Part shown: piece after piece, positions 50,226-59,919 of the stretch
Layout of the letters: each line of letters opens with the position of its first letter
Numbering within the stretch: the first letter of the stretch is position 1
NCBI GenBank assembly: GCA_046485045.1
Contig: JAWOHT010000028.1
Span: 3,195-67,194 of the forward strand
From: Bacteroidales bacterium
GTDB taxonomy: Bacteria > Bacteroidota > Bacteroidia > Bacteroidales > UBA10428
Direction: 5' to 3'
DNA length: 64,000 nt
Program-made: the position numbers and the translations under genes
The notes under the pieces: generated by a model
Told to the model about the DNA's origin: nothing
The model's database searches: none
What the model saw: only the letters and a program-made list of their open reading frames with translations

Positions 50226-51545
50226 ATGAGAACAACAAAAATATTCCGGGTAAAAGATATCTCCTCTTTTAAAGACCAGCTGGCTAAATGGTGCAGCAGG
50301 CACGAAGTATTTGCTTTTCACTGCAGCAACAATTATCATCTCAGGCAAACCCGGGCATCATTATTCCCCCCTTACGACATTCTCGCGGCTACCGGGGCAC
50401 AGGAAATGCTCGCATGCAAACAAGGGTCGGCCTTCGGGGCATTAAGGTCGTTTATTTCAGAAAAAAAAGACTGGTATTTTGGTATAATGGCCTATGATCT
50501 GAAAAATGAAACAGAAAAACTTTCCTCCTCAAATGCCGATTTCCTGGGTTTTAAGGATATGTATTTTTTCAGGCCCGAAATTGTTTTCAGGTTAATTCAT
50601 TCGGAGCTTGAAATATGCTATAACAATAAGTATACTGAAAATGAAATTGATAAAATTTATGATGAAATAATTAACCTCAAAACAGCATTTGAGTCTGTAC
50701 CGTGCAACAATATTGTAATGTCGCAAAGAATAAGTAAAGAGGAGTATTTCTCCAGGTTCAGCAAAATAAAAGATCATATTGCCAGGGGAGATATTTTTGA
50801 GATGAACTTTTGCATTGAGTCTTATGCCGGAAATGCCCCGATTAATCCATTGCAGGTTTACCTAAAGCTTACCGAAATTTCTCCTTCACCATACTCCTGC
50901 TTCTATCGTTTCAACGATAAGTATGTGATTTCGTCAAGCCCCGAAAGGTATCTTGCCAAAACAGGCGATAAAATAATCTCACAACCCATGAAAGGCACTG
51001 TAAAACGAGGGGCATCTGCTTTGCTTGACCAAAAACAGGTGCAATTATTAAAAAACAGCAAAAAAGAGCAGTCAGAAAACATTATGATCGTTGACCTCGT
51101 AAGAAACGACCTGTCGAAGATAGCAGTAAAAGACAGTGTAACAGTAGAAGAACTTTGCGGCATCTATACCTATGCCACTGTTCACCAAATGGTCTCGACC
51201 GTTATGTGCAGGCTGTCACCCGAATTCGATGCAATAGATGCTATAACCTCTTCCTTTCCCATGGGTTCAATGACCGGGGCCCCTAAAGTCAGGGCCATGC
51301 AGTTAATCGAAGAGTACGAAGAAACTAAACGGGGCGTATATTCAGGCGCTGCAGGTTATTTCACTCCCGAATCGGATTTTGATTTTAATGTACTTATCAG
51401 AACCCTTTTGTACAACCAATCTAACCAATACCTGTCGTTTACCACAGGTGGCGCCATCACAGCCTCATCCGAAGCGGTTTCTGAATATGAGGAGTGTATG
51501 TTGAAGGCCGCTGCACTCAAAAAAGCCGTAAACCTAAGTATATGA
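50226..51545 (+). CDS. pabB: aminodeoxychorismate synthase component I (anthranilate synthase component I family)
   Basis: GDI.E.N, SPERY, PMKGT, ENIMIVDLVRNDL, FPMGSMTGAPK, RG.YSG and IRT. Confidence 0.85.
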   Translation: MRTTKIFRVKDISSFKDQLAKWCSRHEVFAFHCSNNYHLRQTRASLFPPYDILAATGAQEMLACKQGSAFGALRSFISEKKDWYFGIMAYDLKNETEKLSSSNADFLGFKDMYFFRPEIVFRLIHSELEICYNNKYTENEIDKIYDEIINLKTAFESVPCNNIVMSQRISKEEYFSRFSKIKDHIARGDIFEMNFCIESYAGNAPINPLQVYLKLTEISPSPYSCFYRFNDKYVISSSPERYLAKTGDKIISQPMKGTVKRGASALLDQKQVQLLKNSKKEQSENIMIVDLVRNDLSKIAVKDSVTVEELCGIYTYATVHQMVSTVMCRLSPEFDAIDAITSSFPMGSMTGAPKVRAMQLIEEYEETKRGVYSGAAGYFTPESDFDFNVLIRTLLYNQSNQYLSFTTGGAITASSEAVSEYEECMLKAAALKKAVNLSI

Positions 51546-51548
51546 AAA

Positions 51549-52880
51549 ATGATCAGACAATTTGAATCTTATATTGCTTCAGAAAAACTCTTTAACCCGA
51601 AAGACAAAATAGTGGCTGCCGTGAGTGGAGGTATTGATTCAATGGTAATGCTACACCTGTTAATAAAACTGAATTACAAACCGGCCGTCGCGCACTGCAA
51701 TTTTCATCTCAGGGGACAGGAATCTGACGGAGATGAAAATTTTGTAAAGCAGTATGCCGAAAAAAACAAATTGCATTTTCACAATGTCTCTTTCGATACC
51801 AAAAAATATGCCGAAGAAAAAAAATTGTCTATTCAGATGGCCGCCAGGGAACTGCGATATGAATGGCTGAACAAAACTGCTCTTGAAAACAGGTATGACT
51901 ACATTGCCGTAGGCCATAACAGCGACGACTCGATAGAAACTTTCTTTATTAACCTCACAAGAAACGCAGGTATTCACGGGCTAACGGGCATTAAACCCAA
52001 AAACAACCGCATTGTAAGACCTCTGATGTTTGCTTCGCGAAAAGAAATTACCGTCTATGCACAAAACAACGATGTTTTATTTCGTGAAGATTCGTCGAAT
52101 TCAGAAACAAAATACCTGCGCAACAAATTAAGAAATAACGTTATACCCGAAATTGAAAAAATCAATCCCGCTTTCAGGCAAAACATACATGAGGTGATTG
52201 AAAAAATGAAGGAAGCGGAAAAGCTGCTTGATGAAGTAACTGAGCAATACCGTAAAGATCTGGTGACTCATTCAGGTGAAAAAATCTGTATAAATTTCAG
52301 AAAATTGCCAGGTACCGAAATTGCCCGTACCATATTGTTTGAGTTGTTAAAGGTGTATGGCTTTAACGGCAGCCAGGCAGCAGAAATTGCCGTTTCGCTC
52401 AACAACCAGCCCGGCAGCCAATTCTTTTCACCTACACATTGGCTGGTAAAAGACCGCGATCATTTAATAATTAGTGTCATAAAACCCATAACCTTGCAAG
52501 AAGTGTTCATCGGCCCTGGTCCCGGCGATATCTGTTCCCCCATAAAACTTTCATTCAGAGTGGTTAAAAAACCTGATGATTTTGTGATTCCCCGAAGAAA
52601 AAATTCTGTAGCCCTTGATGCCGATAAACTTGTATTTCCTTTAAAATTAAGAAGATGGGAAAAAGGAGACAGGTTTATGCCTTTTGGCATGTACCATTTT
52701 AAAAAACTCAGCGATTTTTTTGTTGACAATAAACTTTCACTTGCAGATAAAGAACAGGTTTGGGTAATTGAATCTGACGAAGAAATTGTTTGGATCGTTA
52801 ATTACAGGCCAGACAACCGTTTCAGGATACAACCGTCAACAAAAAACATTTTTTTGCTTGAAACAGATAATAACGGGTAA
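51549..52880 (+). CDS. tilS: tRNA(Ile)-lysidine synthetase
   Basis: AVSGGIDS PP-loop, H.NFHLRG, ARELRY, H..DD.IET, RP, EDSSN and RN..R, plus the C-terminal TilS domain. Confidence 0.96.
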   Translation: MIRQFESYIASEKLFNPKDKIVAAVSGGIDSMVMLHLLIKLNYKPAVAHCNFHLRGQESDGDENFVKQYAEKNKLHFHNVSFDTKKYAEEKKLSIQMAARELRYEWLNKTALENRYDYIAVGHNSDDSIETFFINLTRNAGIHGLTGIKPKNNRIVRPLMFASRKEITVYAQNNDVLFREDSSNSETKYLRNKLRNNVIPEIEKINPAFRQNIHEVIEKMKEAEKLLDEVTEQYRKDLVTHSGEKICINFRKLPGTEIARTILFELLKVYGFNGSQAAEIAVSLNNQPGSQFFSPTHWLVKDRDHLIISVIKPITLQEVFIGPGPGDICSPIKLSFRVVKKPDDFVIPRRKNSVALDADKLVFPLKLRRWEKGDRFMPFGMYHFKKLSDFFVDNKLSLADKEQVWVIESDEEIVWIVNYRPDNRFRIQPSTKNIFLLETDNNG

Positions 52881-52926
52881 ACAAAATAAAAAAACGTAGC
52901 TATTTTTGCCTTTCAACCAATATAAA

Positions 52927-53463
52927 ATGATGAAAATATCCAAAACAGATAAGGAGATGGTTACCAAGCTGCAATCTGGCAACTTGAGTCTGATTGCAGA
53001 TGCTTTAAAAGATTTTCGCACCAGCGGATCGGTGGCGCTTATCCCATATCTTTTTGAAATAATCTCCTCGGGCGAATTCGCTGCATTAGAAGAGGAGATA
53101 CTTGGGCTTATAAGCGACATAAAAGATAAAAAAGCGGCAGGTGTCATCGCCGATGCACTGCAAAATAAAGACTATAAAAACAAAACATCCTCTATTGTTG
53201 CAGCATGCTGGCAGTCGAGCCTCGATTTTAGCCCGCATATGCACGTATTTGCCGAATATTTCTTTACCAACGATTATCAGACTGCCATTGAGGTGTTTAC
53301 GGTAATAGAGGAATCTTTGTACAATGCCTCGGTTGCACAAAGAAAAGCCTGCCTTACTGTGCTCGAAAATAAAAGATCAAATGTGCAGCAAGAACTCAAA
53401 CCATTATATCAAGAACTTATTAAGATGGTTGAAAGCTCCCTTGATTTTACTCTTGATAATTAG
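52927..53463 (+). CDS. HEAT-repeat-like helical hypothetical protein
   Basis: All-helical pattern with 'ACWQS.LDFS' and 'AIE.FTVIE'. Confidence 0.7.
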   Translation: MMKISKTDKEMVTKLQSGNLSLIADALKDFRTSGSVALIPYLFEIISSGEFAALEEEILGLISDIKDKKAAGVIADALQNKDYKNKTSSIVAACWQSSLDFSPHMHVFAEYFFTNDYQTAIEVFTVIEESLYNASVAQRKACLTVLENKRSNVQQELKPLYQELIKMVESSLDFTLDN

Positions 53464-54427
53464 AGAAGTATTTCATAAACTGGGCCCTTTCGTAGATTGC
53501 AGGATCTGATATCCGCCTGTAACTTAACATGCCCCGTATCTCATCAAGATTTTTATAGTTTTTTGACTCCATCCAGGTTTTTACGAACTCTATTACCTGC
53601 GTGAGGTACTCTGTACCTTGTTTGTAGAGTGCAGAACACATTTGAACGGTTCTGGCCCCGGCAAGTATCTGCTTGATAACCGCGGCGCCATCGTGTATTC
53701 CGGTTGAAGCCGAAATATCAACCTTCATGTCTTTTCCGGCAATGATACCAACCCAGCGCAAAGAGTTCCTGATATCTGATGGTGAACTGAACACCTCTGC
53801 AGCGGTAAATTTCATGGTATTAATGTCAATATCGGGGGCATAAAACCTGTTGAAAAGTACAACTCCCGATGCGCCCCTGTAATAAATATTGCTTACAAGA
53901 TTTAAAAGATTGGTATGATGAAGGCCGATTTTTACGGCAACCGGCAATTGGGTTTTAGATTTAACCTTTTCAATAATATCGTAATAGAGGGCTTCGTATT
54001 TTTCTGAACTCTTTTTTTCGTCGACAGGTACAACAAAAATGTTCAGTTCAAGTGCATCGGCGCCTGCAGACGCTATGTTTTTGGAATAATCTACCCATTC
54101 GCTGCCCGAAACACAATTTATACTGGCAATAACCGGTATCTTTACCTTTTTCTTAGATTCTTCAATCAGTTTTAAATACTCCTCAACCGAATTGTTTTTC
54201 AAATAACCCTGAATGTAATCCTGCGCTTCAGGATAATCGCTCTTTTCAATAAGGTTGCCGGCTTCAAAACTAATCTGCTCTTCAAACAAAGATTTTAATA
54301 CAACAGCTCCCGCACCGCATTCTTCGAGTTTTACGACTTTATCAACCGAATTGGTGAGACCCGAACTGCTTACAATTACTGGGTTTTTCAAATCTAATCC
54401 GAGATACCTGGTGTTAAGGTTTACCAT
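53447..54427 (-). CDS. dihydroorotate dehydrogenase-like flavoprotein
   Basis: YLGL.LKNP, GAVVLKSLFEEQI, ASIN, ELNI, VK, FNRF and GA..VQ.CS. Confidence 0.88.
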   Translation of the reverse strand: MVNLNTRYLGLDLKNPVIVSSSGLTNSVDKVVKLEECGAGAVVLKSLFEEQISFEAGNLIEKSDYPEAQDYIQGYLKNNSVEEYLKLIEESKKKVKIPVIASINCVSGSEWVDYSKNIASAGADALELNIFVVPVDEKKSSEKYEALYYDIIEKVKSKTQLPVAVKIGLHHTNLLNLVSNIYYRGASGVVLFNRFYAPDIDINTMKFTAAEVFSSPSDIRNSLRWVGIIAGKDMKVDISASTGIHDGAAVIKQILAGARTVQMCSALYKQGTEYLTQVIEFVKTWMESKNYKNLDEIRGMLSYRRISDPAIYERAQFMKYFSNYQE

Positions 54428-54438
54428 AAAAAGTAGAT

Positions 54439-55110
54439 TTATTTATAATTTCTTTCTCCAAAAATAAGGCTGCCGATCCGCACCATGGTCGAACCGGCTT
54501 CAATAGCCAGTTTATAGTCGCCCGACATGCCTATGGACAATTCACAAAAATAAGGTTTTTCAGCGAAATATTGCTCCTTCAGCTCATTGAAGCATTTGGT
54601 AAGATATTCAAACTCCTGACGTACAATACCTTCATCATCGCTAAAAGTGGCCATGCCCATCAATCCAAGTATTTTGATATTATTGAACTGATGAAATAAT
54701 TGCGATTGAAGCAAAGCCGTAATGTCTTTGTATTGAAGGCCATATTTGGTTTCTTCACGGGCAATTCTTAATTGCAACAGGCAGTCAATAACCCTGTTAT
54801 TTTTTATGGCTTCTTTATTGATAACTTCAAGCAAACCGGCACTGTCAACAGAATGAATAAGGGAAACAAAAGGTGCGATTTGTTTTACCTTATTGCTTTG
54901 CAAATGACCAATCATGTGCCATTGAATATCTTTCGGAAGATTTTGATATTTACCCACCAATTCCTGCACCTTATTTTCGCCATATATCTTATGTCCAAAA
55001 CGGTACAACTCCATAATCATCTCTTCGGGATGGGTCTTTGTTACAGCAACCAGTTTAACACGATCTGGCAATGCAGCTTTTAATAATTCCAGGTTGTTAG
55101 CAATGCACAT
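54439..55110 (-). CDS. yggS: YggS/PLPBP pyridoxal-phosphate homeostasis protein
   Basis: LVAVTK, GENKVQE, WHMIGHLQSNK, GLMGM, S.GMSGDY and GSTMVRIGS.IFG. Confidence 0.95.
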   Translation of the reverse strand: MCIANNLELLKAALPDRVKLVAVTKTHPEEMIMELYRFGHKIYGENKVQELVGKYQNLPKDIQWHMIGHLQSNKVKQIAPFVSLIHSVDSAGLLEVINKEAIKNNRVIDCLLQLRIAREETKYGLQYKDITALLQSQLFHQFNNIKILGLMGMATFSDDEGIVRQEFEYLTKCFNELKEQYFAEKPYFCELSIGMSGDYKLAIEAGSTMVRIGSLIFGERNYK

Positions 55111-55335
55111 GTTTGTTTAAAACAGATTTTATGTTCAAATGTAATAAAAAGAATTTGTGGTTGCGATGAAAATTATACGAAATGTAATGGTTTCAGAAAC
55201 CTGACTGGTTTGAAGAAAATATCATGCTGTTTATTATTAAACCAAAATTGTTAATACTCGTGTCTTGAAAATGATTTGATGCAATGTAAATATGTTATAC
55301 ATTGCAGCATGGTATTGACAAAAGCATTCATTGCT

Positions 55336-56577
55336 ATGAAAAACACAACCTGTCTGCACATGTTTTTTCTTCCCATATTTTTTTTCAATATGTTTTTACT
55401 TACTGCACAGGATACAGTTTTTGTAAGAAGTCCCGTATTTTTTGTTGAGCCCGAATACCTTATGGGTACGGTTTACCCTAACCACTCCGATTTTCCGGAA
55501 ACAGGCAGCACTCATACCATGTCTTTACATTTGGGATGGTTTCAAACATCTGCCGATAAAAAATGGGCTTCATTTTACAACTTCCCGTTCACCGGCATTA
55601 CGCTCAGCAGAGCTAATCCCGGCAACCGAAATGTTTTCGGCAACCAATATTCTGTATTGCCATATATCGCGTTTAATGTTTTTAACAGAATAAAACACTC
55701 TATTTTTTTTAAAATAGCTTTGGGGGGATCTTATTTTACAAGGTTTTACGATGTATCTGAGAATCCTGACAACCTTGTGATAGGTTCACACTTTACATGG
55801 TCGTTTCAGTCGTTTATGTATTATTCGGTTTATACAAGCCGCCATTTATCATTTAATTTGGGGGCCGGCTACCTGCATAGTTCCAACGGTCACCTGCAAC
55901 TCCCAAATGTTGGTTTAAACCAGGCCGCCATAGGCATTTCGGTAAAATACTTTACACATCCTGTTCATCCTGATTTTCGGCCCAGGCAATACCGCATAGC
56001 GGTAAACAGAGAGAAACACTATTATGCCATGATAAGAACCGGTATCGGAATGCATGAGTATGGCAGTGCTACGGGACCTGTGGGAGGTGACAAAAGAACC
56101 GTAAATTCGGTAACTGTTTCTGCCGGCATGCTTTTAAAAGAACATATACGGGTTGGCGCCGGACTGGCAGGAAGGTATTATCATCATTACCAATACCATA
56201 TTCTTAACCCTGTTGATACTTTATACACTGACAAACCATGGCTCAACGCCTCAAATCTCTACTTCTTTATTAATTGTGAATTTCTTACCGGGCACATAGG
56301 TATGGACATTGCAGGCGGACTAAACCTCCACAAGCCTTATTTTATCAAACAATACAATTCGCACGAGGGAGAAGCTGATTTTGATTACTGGCTGAAAAAG
56401 CTTTTCAACACAAGAATTGCACTTAATTATTACCTGATAAATACACAAAAGAAACCACGCAATAATTTCTTTGTCGGGGCAAGCATCAACGCCAACTTTG
56501 GGCAGGCCGATTTCAGCGGGATTTGTATCGGGTTTACACATCATTTTTTAAGTGTACGAGAAAAAACATCCTTTTAA
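55336..56577 (+). CDS. acyloxyacyl hydrolase / PagL-like outer-membrane protein
   Basis: W...YN.P..G, N.DN..IGS and H.SNG....PN.GLN motifs. Signal peptide ends in TAQ. Confidence 0.75.
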   Translation: MKNTTCLHMFFLPIFFFNMFLLTAQDTVFVRSPVFFVEPEYLMGTVYPNHSDFPETGSTHTMSLHLGWFQTSADKKWASFYNFPFTGITLSRANPGNRNVFGNQYSVLPYIAFNVFNRIKHSIFFKIALGGSYFTRFYDVSENPDNLVIGSHFTWSFQSFMYYSVYTSRHLSFNLGAGYLHSSNGHLQLPNVGLNQAAIGISVKYFTHPVHPDFRPRQYRIAVNREKHYYAMIRTGIGMHEYGSATGPVGGDKRTVNSVTVSAGMLLKEHIRVGAGLAGRYYHHYQYHILNPVDTLYTDKPWLNASNLYFFINCEFLTGHIGMDIAGGLNLHKPYFIKQYNSHEGEADFDYWLKKLFNTRIALNYYLINTQKKPRNNFFVGASINANFGQADFSGICIGFTHHFLSVREKTSF

Positions 56578-56591
56578 TAAATTAAAATATT

Positions 56592-57269
56592 ATGAACACC
56601 AAAATCCTTTTCCAAGCAACGTTATTATTAATGGCTCTTGCCTGTATAATTTCCTGTGCCCCGGCATATGTCCCGAATGTAATCAACAGCCCTATGCTTG
56701 ACCATGAGAATGAGTTCCAGATTAGCCTGAACACTGGCACAGCCGGAATTGACCCTCAGATAGCCTATACAGTGACTGACCACTTCGGATTAATGGCCAA
56801 TGGGAGTTTTGCCAACAAAACCTCGGATTCAACTGATAGTTTTCATAAACACTATTTCATAGAATTAGGGGCAGGTTACTATACAAAAGTTGTTGAAAAT
56901 GTGCTTTTTGAGTTTTATGGCGGCTTTGGTACCGGAAGACTGAAATCTAAATTTGACAGCGAAATATGGACCTCTTTCGCAAATGTAGAATCCAGACGTA
57001 TTTTCATTCAACCCTCAATAGGCGTTACCACAGAAATTTTCGATGCAAACCTGGCATCGCGGTTTACAATGGTAAACCTCAATCAACACAGCAGTAGCAA
57101 TACCGGATATATGTGGGAACCTGCTGTTACTTTTAAGGCAGGGTACAAACATATTAAAACAATACTTCAGTTTGGCTTTGCATTACCTATTAACGAACAA
57201 TCCCTTGAATTCAATTACCAGCTATTTATCATATCATTTGGGGTGCAGGCAACCCTTGGAAAGTATTAA
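56592..57269 (+). CDS. lipoprotein with a beta-barrel-like body
   Basis: Lipobox IISC, 'P.Y.PN..N.P', 'E.GAGYY', 'F.QPSIG' and 'EPA.T...G'. Confidence 0.7.
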   Translation: MNTKILFQATLLLMALACIISCAPAYVPNVINSPMLDHENEFQISLNTGTAGIDPQIAYTVTDHFGLMANGSFANKTSDSTDSFHKHYFIELGAGYYTKVVENVLFEFYGGFGTGRLKSKFDSEIWTSFANVESRRIFIQPSIGVTTEIFDANLASRFTMVNLNQHSSSNTGYMWEPAVTFKAGYKHIKTILQFGFALPINEQSLEFNYQLFIISFGVQATLGKY

Positions 57270-57310
57270 CGGTTGAAAACATCTATTAAAAGATTTATGC
57301 TGAAATAGAT

Positions 57311-57979
57311 TTATGCTGATTGTCTCATTCGTTCGGCTTCCCTCCTGCGCTTGCTCATAAGGAACAAAGCCTTGTTTTCTTCGTTTCTCAGAAGCCTTTC
57401 GATATTTTTTTGATGTGTAAACAAAAGAAGTACCGAGACTATAAGAGAGAATAACACGAGTGACGGTGTAGTGGTTTTAAATACAAAAATCAGAATTATC
57501 GGAAACGAAAACCCGGCTATCATAGAACTCAACGATACATACTTGGTAATAACAAGAGTAAGGATAAACACGCCAATACAAATCAATGTAGTGTATGGGT
57601 CAATTGCCAGCACAAAACCAAGTAATGTAGCAACTCCCTTGCCACCTTTAAAACCCACATAAATGGGGAAAATATGCCCCATGATTGCAGCAATTCCCAA
57701 TAACAGCTGAAAATTTATATAATCGCCTGTTTCAGGAATATAGTAACTTGTAAGTCGAATAAGATTAACAGCCAGCCATCCTTTAAACACATCAAATATC
57801 AAAACAGTCAGACCGGTTTTCCATCCCAATATCCTGATAGCATTTGTAGATCCGGCATTTTTACTGCCATGTTCCCTGATATCCACCCTGAAAAGTTTCT
57901 TTCCAAGCCAGACAGATGTAGGAATTGATCCCAATAAATATGCCAATATCAGGATTGAAGCATTAAATAATATAGCCAT
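57311..57979 (-). CDS. plsY: glycerol-3-phosphate acyltransferase PlsY
   Basis: YLLGSIP, DIR..GS.NAGSTN..R, D..KG, GH.FP...FKGGKGVAT and H..NI.RL....E. Confidence 0.95.
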   Translation of the reverse strand: MAILFNASILILAYLLGSIPTSVWLGKKLFRVDIREHGSKNAGSTNAIRILGWKTGLTVLIFDVFKGWLAVNLIRLTSYYIPETGDYINFQLLLGIAAIMGHIFPIYVGFKGGKGVATLLGFVLAIDPYTTLICIGVFILTLVITKYVSLSSMIAGFSFPIILIFVFKTTTPSLVLFSLIVSVLLLFTHQKNIERLLRNEENKALFLMSKRRREAERMRQSA

Positions 57980-58114
57980 ATAAAAGAACTATGTTTATAA
58001 TGGGTTGCAAATATAGCAATATTTTAATTGCACACAATTTTATACCTCAATAAATACTTAAAGTCAAAATCTTTTATACATATATACAATTAACCAACAA
58101 GCCTTTACGCAGTC

Positions 58115-59716
58115 TTAATCCACCTGTGGGCCGACAGGTATCAGTGCTTTTCCGGCAGGTGTGTCAGAGTATTGGTTAAAGTATTTAATGTATCTCGATG
58201 CGAGGTCTCTGGCTTTTCTTTCCCACTCTGCTTTATCGGCGTAGGTATCACGCGGATCGAGAATCCCTTCGCTTACATTATGCAGTTTAACCGGAACAGT
58301 CAGGTTTAGTATAGGAATATGCTTTGTAGGTGCATCTTCAATGGTGCCATCCAAAATAGCATCTATGATAGCCCTTGTATCTTTTATCGAGATTCGTTTT
58401 CCGGTACCGTTCCAGCCTGTATTTACGAGATAAGCCTTTGCACCATTGGCATCCATTTTTCTTACCAGCTCTTTTGCATAAATGGTAGGATGCACAGTTA
58501 AAAATGCCTCACCGAATGCAGGCGAAAATGAAGGCACAGGTTCGGTGATGCCTCTTTCTGTCCCGGCCAGTTTGGAGGTATATCCACATAAGAAATGATA
58601 TTGTGCCTGGTCTCTGTCAAGAACAGAAACGGGGGGTAAAACACCAAAAGCATCGGCTGAAAGGTAAATAACCTTGGTAGCATGGCCTGCTTTCGAGGGC
58701 AGTACAATTTTATTAATATAATAAATCGGATATGATACCCGGGTATTTTCAGTTAGGGAAGAATCACTGAAATCAATCGAACCGTCTTCACGCACAGTAA
58801 CATTTTCAAGCAAGGCATCGCGCCTGATAGCTTTCCAGATATCAGGTTCGTTTTCTTTGCTAAGGTTAATGGTTTTTGCATAACATCCACCTTCAAAGTT
58901 AAACACCCCGTGGTCGTCCCAACCGTGCTCATCATCTCCAATTAAATATCTCTTCGGGTCGGCAGAAAGGGTGGTCTTACCTGTGCCGGAAAGACCGAAA
59001 AAGATCGCTACATCTCCTTTTTCACCAACGTTTGCTGAGCAATGCATAGAGGCAATACCACGCAGCGGCAGATAATAATTCATTATAGAGAAAATTCCTT
59101 TTTTCATTTCACCACCATACCAGCTTCCTCCTACAACAGCCATTTTCTCTGTAAGGTTAAACAGTACAAATACTTCTGAGTTAAGACCATGTTCTTTCCA
59201 TCGCGGATTGGTTATCTTTGAACCGTTTATCATAACAAAATCAGGTTCACCAAAGTTTTCCAATTCGTAATCCGATGGGCGGATAAACATATTCAAAACG
59301 AAATGAGCCTGCCATGCAACTTCAACAATCACACGCACTTTCAACCTGGTATCGGGATTTGTACCGCAAAATACATCCACTACATAGATTTTCTCTATTT
59401 CCGAAAAACGTTTCGTTACCAATCCTTTCAACTCGCTCCAAACTTCGGTAGTAACCGACTTATTGATTACACCGTCCCACCACATTGAGTTCTCGGTGGT
59501 AGCGTCTCTGACAAAATACTTATCTTTTGGAGAACGACCTGTGAAAATACCTGTCTTTACTGCAACAGCACCTGTGTTTGTTAAAACTCCTCTCTCAAAA
59601 CCTTCGTTTTTGGGATCCATTTCTGCATCAAACAATTCCTGATATGTAGGATTATAAATAATCTTTTTTTCTCCGGCAATTCCGTATTTTTTTAAGTCAG
59701 AAGCGCTAATACTCAT
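58115..59716 (-). CDS. pckA: phosphoenolpyruvate carboxykinase (ATP)
   Basis: [42 protein letters not shown] and [10 protein letters not shown]. Confidence 0.98.
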   Translation of the reverse strand: MSISASDLKKYGIAGEKKIIYNPTYQELFDAEMDPKNEGFERGVLTNTGAVAVKTGIFTGRSPKDKYFVRDATTENSMWWDGVINKSVTTEVWSELKGLVTKRFSEIEKIYVVDVFCGTNPDTRLKVRVIVEVAWQAHFVLNMFIRPSDYELENFGEPDFVMINGSKITNPRWKEHGLNSEVFVLFNLTEKMAVVGGSWYGGEMKKGIFSIMNYYLPLRGIASMHCSANVGEKGDVAIFFGLSGTGKTTLSADPKRYLIGDDEHGWDDHGVFNFEGGCYAKTINLSKENEPDIWKAIRRDALLENVTVREDGSIDFSDSSLTENTRVSYPIYYINKIVLPSKAGHATKVIYLSADAFGVLPPVSVLDRDQAQYHFLCGYTSKLAGTERGITEPVPSFSPAFGEAFLTVHPTIYAKELVRKMDANGAKAYLVNTGWNGTGKRISIKDTRAIIDAILDGTIEDAPTKHIPILNLTVPVKLHNVSEGILDPRDTYADKAEWERKARDLASRYIKYFNQYSDTPAGKALIPVGPQVD

Positions 59717-59866
59717 TTTTATTTTTTTTTAATTATTACTTCATTTTTTAATTGGTTGTAAATATAGAAAAATTTGGATTAATGAACATTATTTTCTGTT
59801 TAGTTAAATTTGTCTGTTTAACATAAACATAATCAATATTATATCTCAAAAAAAACATCTCTTCAT

Positions 59867-59899
59867 AAAAAAAGGACTGTAAAAATACAGTCCTTTTTT
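59867..59899 (-). terminator. intrinsic terminator downstream of ppdK (A/T tracts on both sides)
   Basis: AAAAAAAGGACTGTA-AAAA-TACAGTCCTTTTTTT. Confidence 0.85.
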
Positions 59900-59919
59900 T
59901 ATTTCATGCGAAACTCATT

